A stretch of 64,000 nucleotides of DNA from Camelus dromedarius (taxonomy: Eukaryota), in the NCBI RefSeq assembly GCF_036321535.1, contig NC_087437.1, positions 100,504,001 to 100,568,000 on the forward strand, in the 5' to 3' direction. Below the pieces are notes generated by a model. The model was given only the letters and a program-made list of their open reading frames with translations. It searched no databases and was not told the DNA's origin. The first letter of the stretch is position 1; each line of letters opens with the position of its first letter. Below, piece after piece: positions 41,217 to 54,929 of this stretch. Made by a program: the position numbers and the translations under genes.

Positions 41217-44106
41217 TGGGGGAGATCAAGAAGGAGAAATAAGAGGACATGGAGCTCACCTCCCCCCACAAACACATCAAAACTACACCTACACATGGAG
41301 CAGTTCTCACTGAAAACAAACTGGAGACCATCAGAAAAACTCTTATACAACCAAGGCCGTAAGAAACATCCACATGGAAGGGAAGAGAAATAGTCAGGTT
41401 GGGATCTGTGCCCCTAGGAGGAGGGGAATTACACAGGCTTGGAGATATTCCCTGCGGAGTGAGTGGTTTGAACCACATATTGGTCATCCCAGCTCTGGGA
41501 TCTAACCACTAGGAGGATGAGTCCTCTCAGCTAGTTTGAAAACCAGTGGGACTGACAGTGGGCCTTAAGAAAACTAGAATCTGCTCATGAAGAGTGTGCA
41601 CATGCTTGCTTATACACCAAACAAGGCGGAGAAAGGAGATTGAAATTGTGACCAGTATGAAGCTAGAAATCAATTGCAGGAAAAAAAATGGGAAAAACAA
41701 ACACATGGAGGCTAAACAACATGCTATTTAAAAACCAACGGGTCAATCAAGCAACCAAAGAGGAATTCAAAAAATACCTTGAGACAAATGAAAATAAAAA
41801 CACAACTTTCCAAAATCTATGTGACACAGCAAAAGCAGTTCTAAGCAGGAAATTTTAACAAAACAGGCCTTCCTCAAGAAACAAGAAAAATCTCAAATAA
41901 ACAACCTAACCTACCATTTAAGGAGTTAGAAAAAGAAGAACAAACAAAAACCAAAGTCAGCAGAAAGGAGGAATAAAGATCAGAGAGGGAATAAATAAAA
42001 TAGAGAACAAAAAATAATAGAAGAGATAAATGAAACCAAGAGATGTTTTTTTGAAAAGATAAATTGTAAGTGTTTAGCCAGGCTCATGACATGACATTCT
42101 ATAAGAGGACTCTAAAGTTTCCACCCCAAAACTATTAGAACTAATAAATGAATTCAGCAGGGTAGCAGGATACAAGATTAATATACAGAAATCTGTCGTG
42201 TTTCTATACACTAATAAGGAAATATCAGAAAGAGAAAGTAAAAAACCAATTTTATTTAAAATTGTGTCAAAAAATACCTAGGAATAAACTTAACCAAGGA
42301 GGTGAAAGGCCTATGTGCTGACACGTGTTTATAAAACACTGATAAAGGAAATTGAAGGAGATTCAAAGAAATAGAAAAATATGTCATGTTCTTGGGTTGG
42401 AAGGATTAGTAGTAGTGTTAGGATGGCCATGCTACCCAAAGAAATCTACAGAGTTAATGCAGTCCCTATCAAAGTACCCATGACGTTTTTCACTAGACTA
42501 GAACAAATTGTAAAATTTATATGGAACCACAAAGGACCCAGAATTGCCAAAGCAATCCTGAAGAAAAAAATGAAGTTGGAGGTATCATGCTCCCTGACTT
42601 CAGATTATACCAAAGCTATAGTAATCAAAACAGCATGGTATTGGCACAAAAGCAGACACATAGATCAATGGAACAGAATCGAGAGCCCCAAAGTAAACCC
42701 ACACACCTGTGGTCATTTAATCTACGACAAAGGAAGCATGAGTATATTATGGACAAAAGGCAGTCTCTTTGATAAGTGATGCTGGGAAAACTGGAGAGCC
42801 ACATATAAAATACTGAGATTAGAACATTTTCTTGCACCATATACAAAAATAAACTCAAAATGGCTTAAAGACATAAATAGAAGACCTGAAACTGTGAAAA
42901 TCCTAGAAGAGAACATAGATGGAACACTCTGAATGTTTGAATATTTTCTTGGATCAGCCTCTGAAGGCAAAAGAAATAAAAGTAAAGATAAACAAATGGG
43001 ACCTAATTAAACGTAAAAGCTGTTGCACAGCAAAGGAAATGGTAGACAAAGTGAAAAGACAACTTACAGAATGGGAGAAAATATTTGCAAATGGTGCGAC
43101 TGACAAGGATTATTATTCAAAATATATAAACAGCTCATACAACTCAGTATCAAAAAACCCCAAATAATCCAATCAAAAATGGGGAGATGTGAATAAATAT
43201 TTTTCCAAAGAAGACATACAGATGGCTAACAGGCACATGAAAAGATGGTTCAGCATCACTCATTATTAGAGAAGTGCAATTCAGAACCACAATGAGGTGT
43301 GAAACCTCACACCTGTCAGAATGGCTGTCATCAAAAAGATCACAAATAGCACATGCTGGAGAGGATATAGAGAAAAGGGAACTCTCATACTCTGTTGGTG
43401 GGAACATACATTGGTGCAGCCATTGTGGGAAACAGTATGGCGGCTCCTTAAAAAGCTAACAATAGAACTACCATATGATCCAGCAATTCCACTCTTGGGT
43501 TTATATCTGAAGAAAATGAAATAGCTAATTGAAAAAGATGCGTACACCCTAATGTTTATAGCAGCACTATTTGTAATAACCAAGGTATGGAAGCAATCTA
43601 AGTGTTCATGAACAAATGAATGGATAAAGATGTGTCATGTATACACACACATACACACACACAGTGGAATACTCAGCCATAGAAAGGAATGAAATTTTGT
43701 CATTTGTGTTAACATGGATAGACATGGAGGGTACTATGCTTAGTGAAATAAGTCAGATGGAGGGAGACAAATACTGTAGGGTATCACTTATGTGTGGGAT
43801 CTAAAAAAATAAAGACATGAATATAACAAAACAGAAACAGACCTACATATATAGAGAACAAAGTAGTGGTTGCCAGTGGGGAGAAGGAAGGAGGGAGAGG
43901 CAAGAAAGGCGTAGGGTATTAAGAGATACAAACGACTATGTATAGATTAAATAAGCTACAAGGATATATTGTACAACCCAGGGGATATAGAAAATATTTT
44001 ATAATAAGTTTAAATGGGGTATAATCTATAAAAATATTGAATTACCATGCTGTACACCTGAAACTAATATAATATTGTAAATCAACTGTACTTCAATAAG
44101 AAGAAT
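41217..44106 (+). mobile_element. L1 with 5'UTR start and 3' end retained but ORF1 and large parts of ORF2 missing; remaining ORF2 degenerate
   Basis: L1-type 5' end (GGGGGAGATCAAG...GGAGCTCACCTCCCCC). ORF2 remnants in the ORF track (CSWVGRI..., [45 protein letters not shown]) with frameshifts and stops. 3' end ...GTAAATCAACTGTACTTCAATAA. Confidence 0.9.
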
Positions 44107-44126
44107 CATTAAAACCAAATAGAGAA

Positions 44127-44767
44127 TATTTATGTTCGCACAAAAGCCTGTACACAGGTGTTTATGGCAGCTTTATTTATAATTGCTAAAACTTTGAAGC
44201 AACAAAGTTGTCCTTCATAGGTGAAAGCATAAACTGTAGAATACTATTCAGGGATAAAAAGAAATGAACTATTAAGCTGTAAAAAGACATAGAGGAATCT
44301 TAAATACATATTGCTAAGTAAAAGAAGGCAATCTGAAAAAGCTGCATACTGTATGATTCCAACTATATGACATTGTGGAGAAGATAAAAAATGAAGACAC
44401 TAAATAGATCAGTAGTTGCCAGGAGTTAAGGAGAAAGGAGGGATGAATAGGCAGAGCACAGAGGATTTTTAGGTCAGTGACACTACTCTGTATGATACTA
44501 TAATGGTGGATACATGTCATTATACATTTGTCCAAACCCATAGAATGTACAGCAGCAAGAGTGAATCCTAGTGTAAACTATGGACTTTGAGTGATAATGA
44601 TGTGTCAATATGGGTTCATTGATTAAAACAAACGTATACTCTGGTTGGGGATGTTGACAGTGGGAGAGGCTGTGCATGTGTGGGCAGCAGGAATATAGAG
44701 ATTGTCTGCTCTTTCTGCTCAATTTTGCTCTGCCCTGAAAACATCTCTGAAAAAGTCTATTAAAAAA
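44127..44767 (+). mobile_element. L1MC1-like 3' end
   Basis: ACTGTATGATTCCAACTATATGACATT...GGATACATGTCATTATACATTTGTCCAAACCCATAGAATGTAC...GTAAACTATGGACTTTG...AAAGTCTATTAAAAA. Confidence 0.8.
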
Positions 44768-47559
44768 GAATTTTGAAAAAAATTCTGTTGAGATTATTTG
44801 AAGCATATCTTGTTTGTAAACTACCACCTAAAGAAATTACGCTTAACAATATCTAAGCAAGAATTATAAAGAATATATAAGATGGTGGCTCTAAAAGTGC
44901 CCGTTACTGTCAATACGACACAAAATTATTATGATCAAAATTTTTAGAAGTTGTTAAGAAGACATTTCAAAACACAACGGTTAGCTAGTGACATCTAGTA
45001 CCTCCTGTATGGAGATTTATAATTCTGTAAAGCTGGAAATTACTGAAGATCTTGAGATTGGATAGAATGAAAACAGATTTCATTTTTTACTTCTTAGAAA
45101 TAAATATTTGTAACCATCTGGAGTCTGTTTTCTGGATTGAGGACAAGAACAATAACCTCACAAATTTCTCTTTGAAATGTCACATCTCGCTTTTGGTGGC
45201 TGAACAGTCCTACAGCTTTTTTTTCTCCATTATACTGAATACACTATTAAAATTTTTCTCCTTAAAAATAGAATTTTAACATTTGAAACAAAAGTAGTTT
45301 CTATCCTCTAAGTATAGCATTAGTCACCAGAGAATGGAATTCTGTTTGAAGGTTACTTTTTCTCTGTTCTCTGTTTAAGTCTAGACTGAACACTTAACTC
45401 TTCCACTCTTCTGTGTCTTTGACTTACTGTTCTGTTTACTGCAGGGAACTCTCCCTAATGCATAATGAACTCATATTCATCCTCTAAAACCCAATACAGT
45501 TTTATCTGTTAGGAAGGCTTTTCTTACCTTCCTCCTAGCTTCCACGTGTATTTTATCATTCTTTCCTTTGTGCTAACTTTGTGCTTACACTTATTTCTGT
45601 TTTTCCATTTATCATACCACGTTCTTAGGGAATTTTCACCCATGAACAGTGTGAGTTCAAAGAAGATACGAACTACATCTTGCTCATTTCTGCATTTGGG
45701 GGCTAAAGTTTACACCACAATACAAATCTGCGCAAAATATGCTGCTTTTTAAAAATTTGTTGTAAGTCAACTTATCTAGCTCTGGATATCCCAGCTCTTC
45801 TGCTAGTGGGAGCATGAGTGTGGTAGAAAACACTTACCTTTCTTGTTAAGGGTAACTCAGCCTCTTCTGGTTTAACAGAAGTTTCTTTGTGATTGATTCA
45901 GTCTTTCTGATTAGTCTCTAAGGCAGGTGGTAGAATAAAAATAAAATATTCCATCAGTTCAAAATCCAAACTCCCAATCAGCATTCTTTCCCCCCACCTC
46001 TCATAGTCTTTTCTTTCCCCAAGATGGCATGTGTATTCTGAGAGAGGATTGGCTTGTTTAATGCAGCATGGAGGCAGCCTTCTGGTGTTGGGCTGCCTTC
46101 TCTGTTCTTGCTGGTCTCTGTTGAGGAGTGATTAGCCTATTCAGTGCCTGGTTTTCTTTGGCCAGTGTCCACTAAGGTATAGGTAATCCCACCTCATCTA
46201 CCTGGGTTTCCTGCTGGGACCTCCTCTTAACACCTGTAGTCCCTTTCATGTGCTCCAGGGTCCCGTGTCCTATGGTCTCACTCTCCCAGTGCCAGATCCT
46301 TCACATCTCTTATCACAAGGCTCCCCAGCTCCCCGTTTTGGGCCTTTGGGCTTCTTGGCCTTCCATGTAGCAAGTGTTGGTCATGGGGGTGGGGATGCTC
46401 ACTTCCATCTACTTGCACCTCATCTTCCACAGTTGAGGAGGATTGTTCTAGAAGGAGGAAAATTTCAAGAGACAGAACTGCTTCAACCTGTCTGATCTCA
46501 GTGGAGAGTGACCATTCAGAAAATCACTGTCATAAGACATCTGGGAGAATGAAGAAAAATGGAGTAGATTTTGCCACTCTTGTTGGTGGAAAGAGGACAT
46601 TCAGTCAGCTGTTGAGCTTTACAAAACTGTGGTTATGTCAGATTGGAGAGTTATCTAGAACTACCGAAGCATAAATTGAAGAAAGGTGATAGGTTTTCAG
46701 CTATAGACACTTCCATGACTCTGATACTGTTTGGGATTAATATCTTTAGGAAAGATTAAGAGATATTGTCAACTTTTGCATAATAATTTATAGTATTAGT
46801 TTCCAGTAAACCTTGCTCTTAAGGTTGGCCAGTGGAATTGCTTATATGGCATTGTTTAATCCTTGGAAAAATAACTAGATGTGACATAATTCTTTGTATC
46901 TGTTCTGTTAAAATGCTCCCTGTGAAAGAATAGAATCCAGTGGATACTGGGTAGCAGACCAAGGCAGTGAATAATATCTGTTACGTTCAGAGATCGTTTA
47001 GTCTGGCATCACTTGCTTTTCTCCTTCTGCTGAAAACCTCTAAATTTTTTTGAAGCTATGAACATAAAAATTATAACCTAAGAATTCCCAGCAGGCTGAA
47101 TTATTTGCTGAAACCTTAAGACCAGCAGGTGTTTTGGAAAAATGTGGCATCAAAAGCCATCTTCTCTCAGCTAAAGCAATCTTTCACATGGAGGTACAAA
47201 ATGGAATCAGGATTTATACAGGAAAAATGCTGAAGCCATCTGTTATTTTTTGCCCTCATGTCTGTGCTTGAGTGTTTTTTGCCTTCATTTTTTAAGTCAT
47301 TTTAGGCATGTGTTTTGAATGATAAATCCTTACTTACTCTTTATTTCTTTGGATTTATCACTTATATACAAATGAAAATATATTTGGTATATAATTAACC
47401 AGCAATTCTCTGATTATTCCCTTTCTAAAGTTTTATAGGAATTATGGGCATTATCATTCAAATTAGTACTTAATTATATATCATTTTGTCATTGTTTGCT
47501 GTGGTTTATGGTGTTTGTCTTACTTCTTCTCTAAGTGATAGGTTTTTTGTGTAGGTGGG

Positions 47560-48000
47560 TGTGATGGTTAATTCTGTGTGTCAACTTGACTGGGTCACTG
47601 GGGTGCCCAGACGTTTGGCCAAACATTGCTCTGGGTGTGTCTGTGAGGGTGTTTCTGGATGAAAGTAACGTTTGAATCAGTGGGCTCCCTACCATGCATG
47701 GGCCTCATCCAAATAACTGAAGACCTAACTAGAACAAAAAGGTTGTGTAAGAGGGAACTGCTTTGAGCTGGGGCATTGCTCTTTTCCTGCTTTTATATAC
47801 AAACTGAAATACTGACTTTTCCTGGACCTGGAGGCTGCCTGGCTTCAGACTAGACTTATGCCTTTGGCTCCCCTAGGTTCTGCTGACTGCACATCTTGGG
47901 ACTTCTAGCCTCCATTGTCATGTGAGCCATTTCTTTAAATAGGACTCTTTATATATACATTTACCCTGTTCTGTTTCTTTGGAGAACTTTGACCAATACA
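47560..48000 (+). mobile_element. ERVL solo LTR (MLT2-family)
   Basis: TGTGATGGTTAATT...TGTCAACTTGACTGG...CTGTTTCTTTGGAGAAC...AATACA. Confidence 0.85.
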
Positions 48001-48402
48001 ATGGATCATGTCTGATACTCATATTATTCATAAGTATGGCACACCATTGGCTATGTTAGAAACTTAAAATAGACTTTTAAAAGCAGAGAGATCTTTGATC
48101 AAAATGACTCATGAAACTTAATGTCAGTTATTCTGAGACAAAATCCTGACTATGCATTTGCAGATGCACTGTTGCACTTGTCAGTTTTGACAAAGATGAA
48201 AATAAAGCCAATGAGAGATGCAGGATTGATCTTGATTAGGTGGTGTCAAATGAGCTGAATTTCTATATTTGAATGATGAATTGTAATTATAGCTCATTAT
48301 ACAACATGATTTTCATCATGAAAGTTATTACTTAAGTGATAATTTAAACTCATTTGCCCTAGTCAGAAGTGTATATCTTCTGAAAATTCATGATATTATA
48401 AG

Positions 48403-48728
48403 TGTGAAAAATTAATAGAAACCTCGATTAAATAGATTTGGAAGACCAGACGGGGGAGCTCGCACTCCTTGTGATGATAGCAGAGCCCTATAGGACGAAA
48501 AAGACTCCTCTTTCCGGCAAGAACGCAGCCAGTGAAAGGCCATGGATTATCTGTTTACCGTACCCTCCCAACTTCCTCTTCTCCTATATGAAAATGTGTG
48601 TTCCCCATGCCCTGTGGGGACTTGCGTGTGCCTCACCACGGTTGCAGACCTCGAATTGCAGTTCTCCGCTGATCCGAATAAACCCATCTTTGCTGGAGAA
48701 ACATTTGGCAGTCTGTTTCAGTTCAACA
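48403..48728 (+). mobile_element. ERV1-class solo LTR (lineage-specific family), copy 1
   Basis: TG...CA termini, AATAAA near the 3' end, perfect 4-bp TSD TAAG (48399-48402 / 48729-48732); homologous to 58576-58891. Confidence 0.8.
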
Positions 48729-51700
48729 TAAGTGATGTAAGAAAGATGCTTCTTACCACTGCTGCTGTAAGATTTGTAAACCAATTAAGGCATATCATCC
48801 TCCCTGTAGCCACTGGTGCTTTTGACCCTTGTCAGGGCATGCATTTGGAGTTGTTTTTCACATAGTTGTGATGAATGTCTTGTCTGATTTTGCCTATGAC
48901 CCTTGACATGGATTTGTAGGAGGACTGATCAAGATGAAGGCTTTAGTGTGTTTGTTACCAAACAGAGTGAAGCTACAACTGGTTCGTGTTAAATTGAACC
49001 CCACGGCCTTGGCTTCAGTGGGGTTGTGTAGTAACTGACTGAATTAGTGGCGTAAAGTTAGAAAGTGTGCCAAACCATAAACCAGAGATAAGTGAGCAGA
49101 GAAGTACGTTTGACGTGTGTAGCGTGATTCTTTTCACTTCAGAGTGGTCACGTGAAAGAGTATTGTGATCTCTTGCGGTTGAGACTAAACACTTACAGCC
49201 TTTGTTATGTGAACATTATAAACACAATTTATGAATATATGAAATGTTTCTTTCCTCCAGGGAAGAGAGCTAAGATATTTCAGCTAAGAAATCTGAGAAA
49301 GCAGAAACGTCAAATTGACGAACAAAATTCTCCTCTGAAATATCTGGTATTCCGCATTTGTCACTGATTTAGTTTTTATATGTATTTCAGAAAGCAATTG
49401 TTCCCCAATACTTGGCTAGATTTCCCATAGAAATATTGAAAAATAGAACACCTGCTAATGTTGCCCACCTGATCTTGAGCATGACAGAATTAAACACTCC
49501 TGAGCTGCAACTTCTCCTTTGAAAGCTGACACTATTTCAGGGGCAGTCAGCACGGCATTCCCAGGACGGGGTGTCTTTTTAACTTTGCTCTCATTAGGTA
49601 GCTTTTCTTCCTCTTCAAATGTGAGGAAAATAGAGCCATCTCCCTCACCTGAACACAGAGCATGCCCAAAGTGGACGCTCTCCATGGGACACAGACAGCT
49701 CAAAACAGAGACAAGTGGCCGATGGCATTCTGCAGTCCCAGTGGAGAGCAGTGGAAACACCCACGTTAACAACGTAACTACCAAGAGTGGATATTAAATG
49801 GAACATTGAGCGAGCCCGTGAGCAGATAGTAAGAAGAACCAATCTGCTAGAAGAAAGTGACCTGTGGTGCACACCTGTGAAACCATGGTGTGTGGCTTTC
49901 AACAGAAGGGATGCAGAAATTGGAACAAGGAGACAAGAGAAATCAGACCTGGACTGAACTCCATTAGTGATGATTCTCTTAATCATCCTTGACTAAGGAT
50001 TTTCACCCAAGACATATTGAGGAGAATACTGGAAACTAATATTAGAATTCTCTGTATGCCATTTTTAATTTTTATTCCTCATATAATTATGATTATATTT
50101 ATATTTATTAGTAGTACATTACATAGTAAGATACTGTCATTTTTTGTTTTACAGTGCAGATCCATTCCATCTAAATTAGTGTTTTTATTGTCACAAAGTT
50201 CTTGAATTAAAACATGCCTCACACGTTGTTGTAGATGACTGGACTGGGAAGACATTACCCGAAAATGGCTATCTACGTCTGGGGCCCAGAGGAGCAAAAC
50301 CTAGAAATCAGTCCTTTGTCCACAATGCTTGCTTTGCTATGCTCATTTCAGCCTGCAGATACTAGACCATGTCTGTCATTTTTAGAGATCAGCAGGGTCT
50401 TCGTAAGAGAATTTTAGGGGGGAAAAAGTGAGTGTGATTAAAAAGATTATCTTTTGCACTTTATTCAAAGTGACTACACTCAATCACTTATTAAGAGTGA
50501 CTAGTCCTTATTTGAGAATATGCTGGAGAGGAACTCATACATTTTCTGTCCCCAGCTAAGATCGCTGTGTTCCAGGGAGACATTCCTCTGACCTAGCTCC
50601 AGAAATGGAAGCAAACCGAGTGACAAATGCTTATTCATCCCTTTTTATGGACCCAACACTGGGCTAAGGGTAAAGTGTATAAAATAGAGACCAACTACAT
50701 TCCTGAATCTTGAATAATTATTCTAAACACAAAAAAGAATTGTTGGTCTAAAACATTTCATGTTAGCTAGAGAGACAAATCAAAAGAAATTATTGTGACC
50801 TAGAGCAAAGAGAATTCATGAAAAAAGCATAATTGGAAATGCTCCTGGAAGGAGAAGGCTAGGAGGGAGGAGAATGGATGGACAGATGGGAGGAGTAAAT
50901 CCTCCACGCTGAGAAACCCATCCCAGGTGTGTGCGTCATCCCTGAGCTGCAGTTTCTACTGTTAATGCCATGGTGCCCACACATGCAATAGTTTCTGTGA
51001 CTGTGTTCTGAAATCTCAGTTTCTGAAATTAAGATCCCTCCAATTTCAACTCCACTCTACCATCTTGACTATTTGTCTTCCATGAGGACAAAGAGTTTGA
51101 GAGAGAGAGACATGGTTTTGATCCCAAGATTTTTTTTTATCTCAAGATAATTTTCTGTGCTTGCTTTTCTCAGGAGGGGTTATTTCTTCACTCTGTTTTT
51201 GCAGTTAAGTGTCCTCAAATCTCTGTAAAATAAGATACTAGTTTTGGCAGATGCCATTGCTCCCCGAGCCCCCAGGTAGATCACACTTCCCCTAACAGGT
51301 GAGTGTTGCCATGTGAGTGTTCTGGGCAGTGGTAAGTGAGCGGGAATAATGAGACCATTTCCAGACTGGCGCATGGAGGATCTTCCCTGTGTGATTCTCT
51401 TATTTTCTGGCTGATTGGAGAGGACTCTAGGGAACCAAAGGATGAGGCCTCTGATGGGAAGGATCCTGGTCCCTGACTTATGGACATAGGAAGGTGCCTT
51501 CCCCTCCCCCATCACCACTCATATTGTGATGTGATGTGAGCTAGAAAGAATCCTGATGAGTTGATTTCTCAAAGTGATATTACTGTCAATTTAAAACATA
51601 TAGATGAATTTATTACAAAAGAGCATAGCTAATCCTGATAAAATTAATTTTTTTTAAAATTTGGAAGTGATTTGAAAACAGTAAAAGTCCCAAGAACAGC

Positions 51701-52069
51701 ACAAAGAGCACCTGCTACCCCGTGCCTTGGTTCACCTACTGTTCGTTCCATTTCCTTTGTCTCTTGCGCCTTCTTCACATGTAGGCAGGTTACTCATTTT
51801 TTTCTGAACCCAGTCTCTTCTTAAGATTGACACTCTCCCACACAATCGTAGCACAGTTACCAACCTAAAAACAAAAACAAAACAACCCTGACCTCTGTTC
51901 AATCCACTGTTTATATTCTACTCTGTGAATTGACCCACACTGCCCTTCATAGTATTTTTTTTCTCTCTAGTACAACATCCAATGTAGTGATTTACTTGTG
52001 ATCTCTCCTTAGTATCCTTTAAGCTTTGTCTTTGCCTTTAATTTTTGTCTTTTATGACACTCACAATTT

Positions 52070-52158
52070 CACCTTCCTACCTCCCTTCCCCACTGGTAAC
52101 CATAAGTTTGTTTTCTATGTCTGTGAATCTGTTTCTGTTTTGTAAACAAGTTCATTTG

Positions 52159-52193
<35 letters not shown>

Positions 52194-52752
52194 TTCCACA
52201 TATTAGTGATATCATATGGTATTTTTCTTTCTCTTTCTGGCTTACTTTACTAAGAATGACATTCTCCAGGTCCATCCATGTTGCTGCAAATCGCATTATT
52301 TTAGTCATTTTTTTTTTTTATCACTGAGTAGTATTCTGTTGTATATATATGCACCATGTCTTTATCCAGTCATCTGTTGATGGACATTTAGGTTGTTTCC
52401 ATGACTTAACTATTGAAAATAGTGCTGCTATGAACATTGGGGTGCATGTATCTTTTCGAATTATAGATCCCTCTGATATATGCCCGGGAGTGGGATTGCT
52501 GGATCATATGGTAACTCTATTTTTAGTTTTTTGAGGAATCTCTGTACTGTTTTCTACAATGGCTGCACCAAATTGCATTCCCACCAACACTGCAGGAGGG
52601 TTCCCTTTTCTCCACACCCTGTCCAGCATTTATCATTTGTGGACTTTTGAATGATGGCCATTCTGACTGCTGTGTGGTGATACCTCATTGTAGTTTTGAT
52701 TTGCATTTCTCTGATAATTAGCGATGTTGAACATTTTTTCATGTGCCCATTA
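52070..52752 (-). mobile_element. Artiodactyl/camelid L1 fragment (ORF2 C-terminus and part of 3'UTR)
   Basis: Minus-strand translation [23 protein letters not shown]...[19 protein letters not shown] is the L1 ORF2 cysteine-rich C-terminus. Confidence 0.88.
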
Positions 52753-53225
52753 AGCCAGGCATTTTGAACTGAAACTTTGCATAGCACCTTGAACAAGAGT
52801 TGGAGAGGGAGGCATTGCAGTTGCAGTAGTTGTTTGGTTGCTGAGTTACAAGGTGGTTGCAGTTTCTAAAAACAACAAAAATGTAGTTTCTTAGAATATA
52901 CCCCAAATACCAGCTCTTTTGGAGACGGGAAGTGGTATGTAAAATTAGGATACTGGTGGTGGTTCACAGCTTCCTGTTCAGCATCTCAGAACCTCCTACT
53001 GCTCGGTGCTTTTAGAATGCCACAGACTCTCTTCTGACTGGAGAAGCATATGTGGTAACCTGGCAGACACACATTAGTGTCTGTGTAGGTGTATTCACCT
53101 ACCAAAGATACATGCATTTAGAAGATGATGTCTGGGATGAGCGATTCATGACTTTTAAAGCATGGTTTTCCGAGGACGACATTTCTGAGACGTGGTACTT
53201 GGATAGGGGAAATGGTTTGGAGCAA

Positions 53226-53625
53226 TGTGATGGTTAATTTTATGGGTCCACTTGGCTAGGCTCTTGTAACCAGTTGTTAGGTTAAACTCTTAACTAGATG
53301 TTGTTGTGAAAGCATTTTGTAGATGTGGTTAATATCTACAGTCAGCTGATTTGATGTAAAGGACATTAACCTTGATAATGTGGGTGGGCCTCACCCAGTC
53401 AGTTGAGGGCCCTAAGAGCAAAAGCGGAGGCTTTCTTGAGTAGAGGACATTCTGCCTCGAGACTTCAGCATCAACTCCTGCCTGAATTTCCAGCCTGCCA
53501 GCCTGCCCTACAGGTTTCAGACTTCCAGCTTCCATAACTGTGTACACCAGTTCCTTCGAATAAATCTCTTTATGCATATGTGTCTCCTGTTGGTTCTGTT
53601 TCTCTGGAGAGCTCTGACTAACACA
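53226..53625 (+). mobile_element. ERVL solo LTR (MLT2D-like)
   Basis: TGTGATGGTTAATTTTATG...GATAATGTGGGTGGGCCTCA...GGTTCTGTTTCTCTGGAGA...ACTAACACA. Confidence 0.85.
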
Positions 53626-53776
53626 GATGGGCAGTCATTTTTGTATTCCTCATGTTAGGCCCCAGAAGTGGTGATTGGTAGTGTGGCGGTTTAGACATGA
53701 GAAATGGTAAAATGATATATGGTAAATGGGTCAATGAGTAACCAACTGTAGATTCAATTACTAAGAAAGTTAATAG

Positions 53777-54092
53777 TGTGGTTCTTCCTTATCCATGGGC
53801 GTAATGTTCCAAGTCCTCTGTGGAAGCTCGAAACAGTGGCTTGTACCAAATCCTATATATACTTTGTTTTCTAGTGGATGGGTAGGGTATACAGTGTGGA
53901 TCCACTGGACAAAGGGATGGTTCACATTCTGGGCAGGATGGTGAGGGATTTCATTGTGTACTCAGAAGGGCTGCTATTTAAAACTTATGAATTGTTTATT
54001 TCTAGAATTTTCCTTTTAATATTTTTGGACTGCAGTTGACTGAAGGTAACTGAAACCATGGAAAGCAAAACTGTGGATAAAGGGGACTACTG
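53777..54092. mobile_element. MER44-like (Tigger7-derived) MITE
   Basis: CCTTATCCATGG...GGACAAAGGGATG...TTTAAAACTTATGAATTGTTTATTTCT...GTGGATAAAGGGGACTACTG with inverted termini. Confidence 0.75.
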
Positions 54093-54356
54093 CATTGAGG
54101 CTTTGAAGTGAAAAATGAAATTTGAGCCTAATGGTGATATTTCTTCATAATACTGAAGTTCCCCCAAAATAAATAGAAATATGCGTATTTTTTTTTAACT
54201 CTTAAGAAATAAAGTCTTCTGGTTATTTGTTTATTGCCATGTAAACTTGAAGTAATTTTGCTGTCTAGGACTCTAATGGTTTTCTATTTAGCAAGTAGCG
54301 ATGCTGGTTTGTTCTGTTTCTGTAATGAGTAGGTGTTATCTACGTATAAAAATTTT

Positions 54357-54375
54357 TGCTGCCCTCTGGTGGACA
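54357..54375 (-). promoter_or_regulatory. Candidate CTCF binding site
   Basis: Minus strand reads GTCCACCAGAGGGCAGCA, a close match to the CTCF core motif CCASYAGRKGGCRS. Confidence 0.6.
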
Positions 54376-54929
54376 GCAAATCAATAAATCAAAAATATAT
54401 AAATATATATCAAGTAGTCTTCTGTTTGAATATGTTTTCCAGATTTCCTTTGTAAGTTCCAAAGTCCAAATGCATCTTTCATATAAAGTGAGAGATCAGA
54501 ATCTCAAATTTGTTTTATAAATCCCGACTAGAATACATGAAGTACTTAAAATATGGCACCCAAGGAGCATAACAAGAAGTTGACTGATTCCATGAGAAAA
54601 TGCACTGAAAAGTCTCACTTGGAAATCCAGTGACGGTTTCCCCTGCTGTGGCCTTGGTTCCCGGCCCCTCACTGGGCTGGGCTGTGGGTTGGGCTGGCGT
54701 CGGTGCTGGCAGGAGAGGGATGGGCTGGTGCGCACAGACCCCAAGGTTTTTGGGAATGGGGCGGGGTCGGGGGTAGAGATAGGAAGTGAGGCAGAGCTGT
54801 GCCCTGAGGAGTAGGGTAAGAAGCTCAGTTTGAGAGAGAGAGAAGATCTGGAAATAAAATACATAATGGGGCTGGAGGAACCAGAGCGACACCGAAGGCA
54901 GGAGGGGCAGGAAGGAGCAGTGGGCTGGG

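Noticed and set aside
42381..43583. Cluster of ORFs as a host gene or active ORF2
   Set aside because: These are frameshifted, stop-interrupted L1 ORF2 remnants and their antisense shadows.
47560..53625. ERVL provirus bounded by two MLT2 LTRs
   Set aside because: The LTRs differ substantially and no ERVL internal sequence is recognisable between them.
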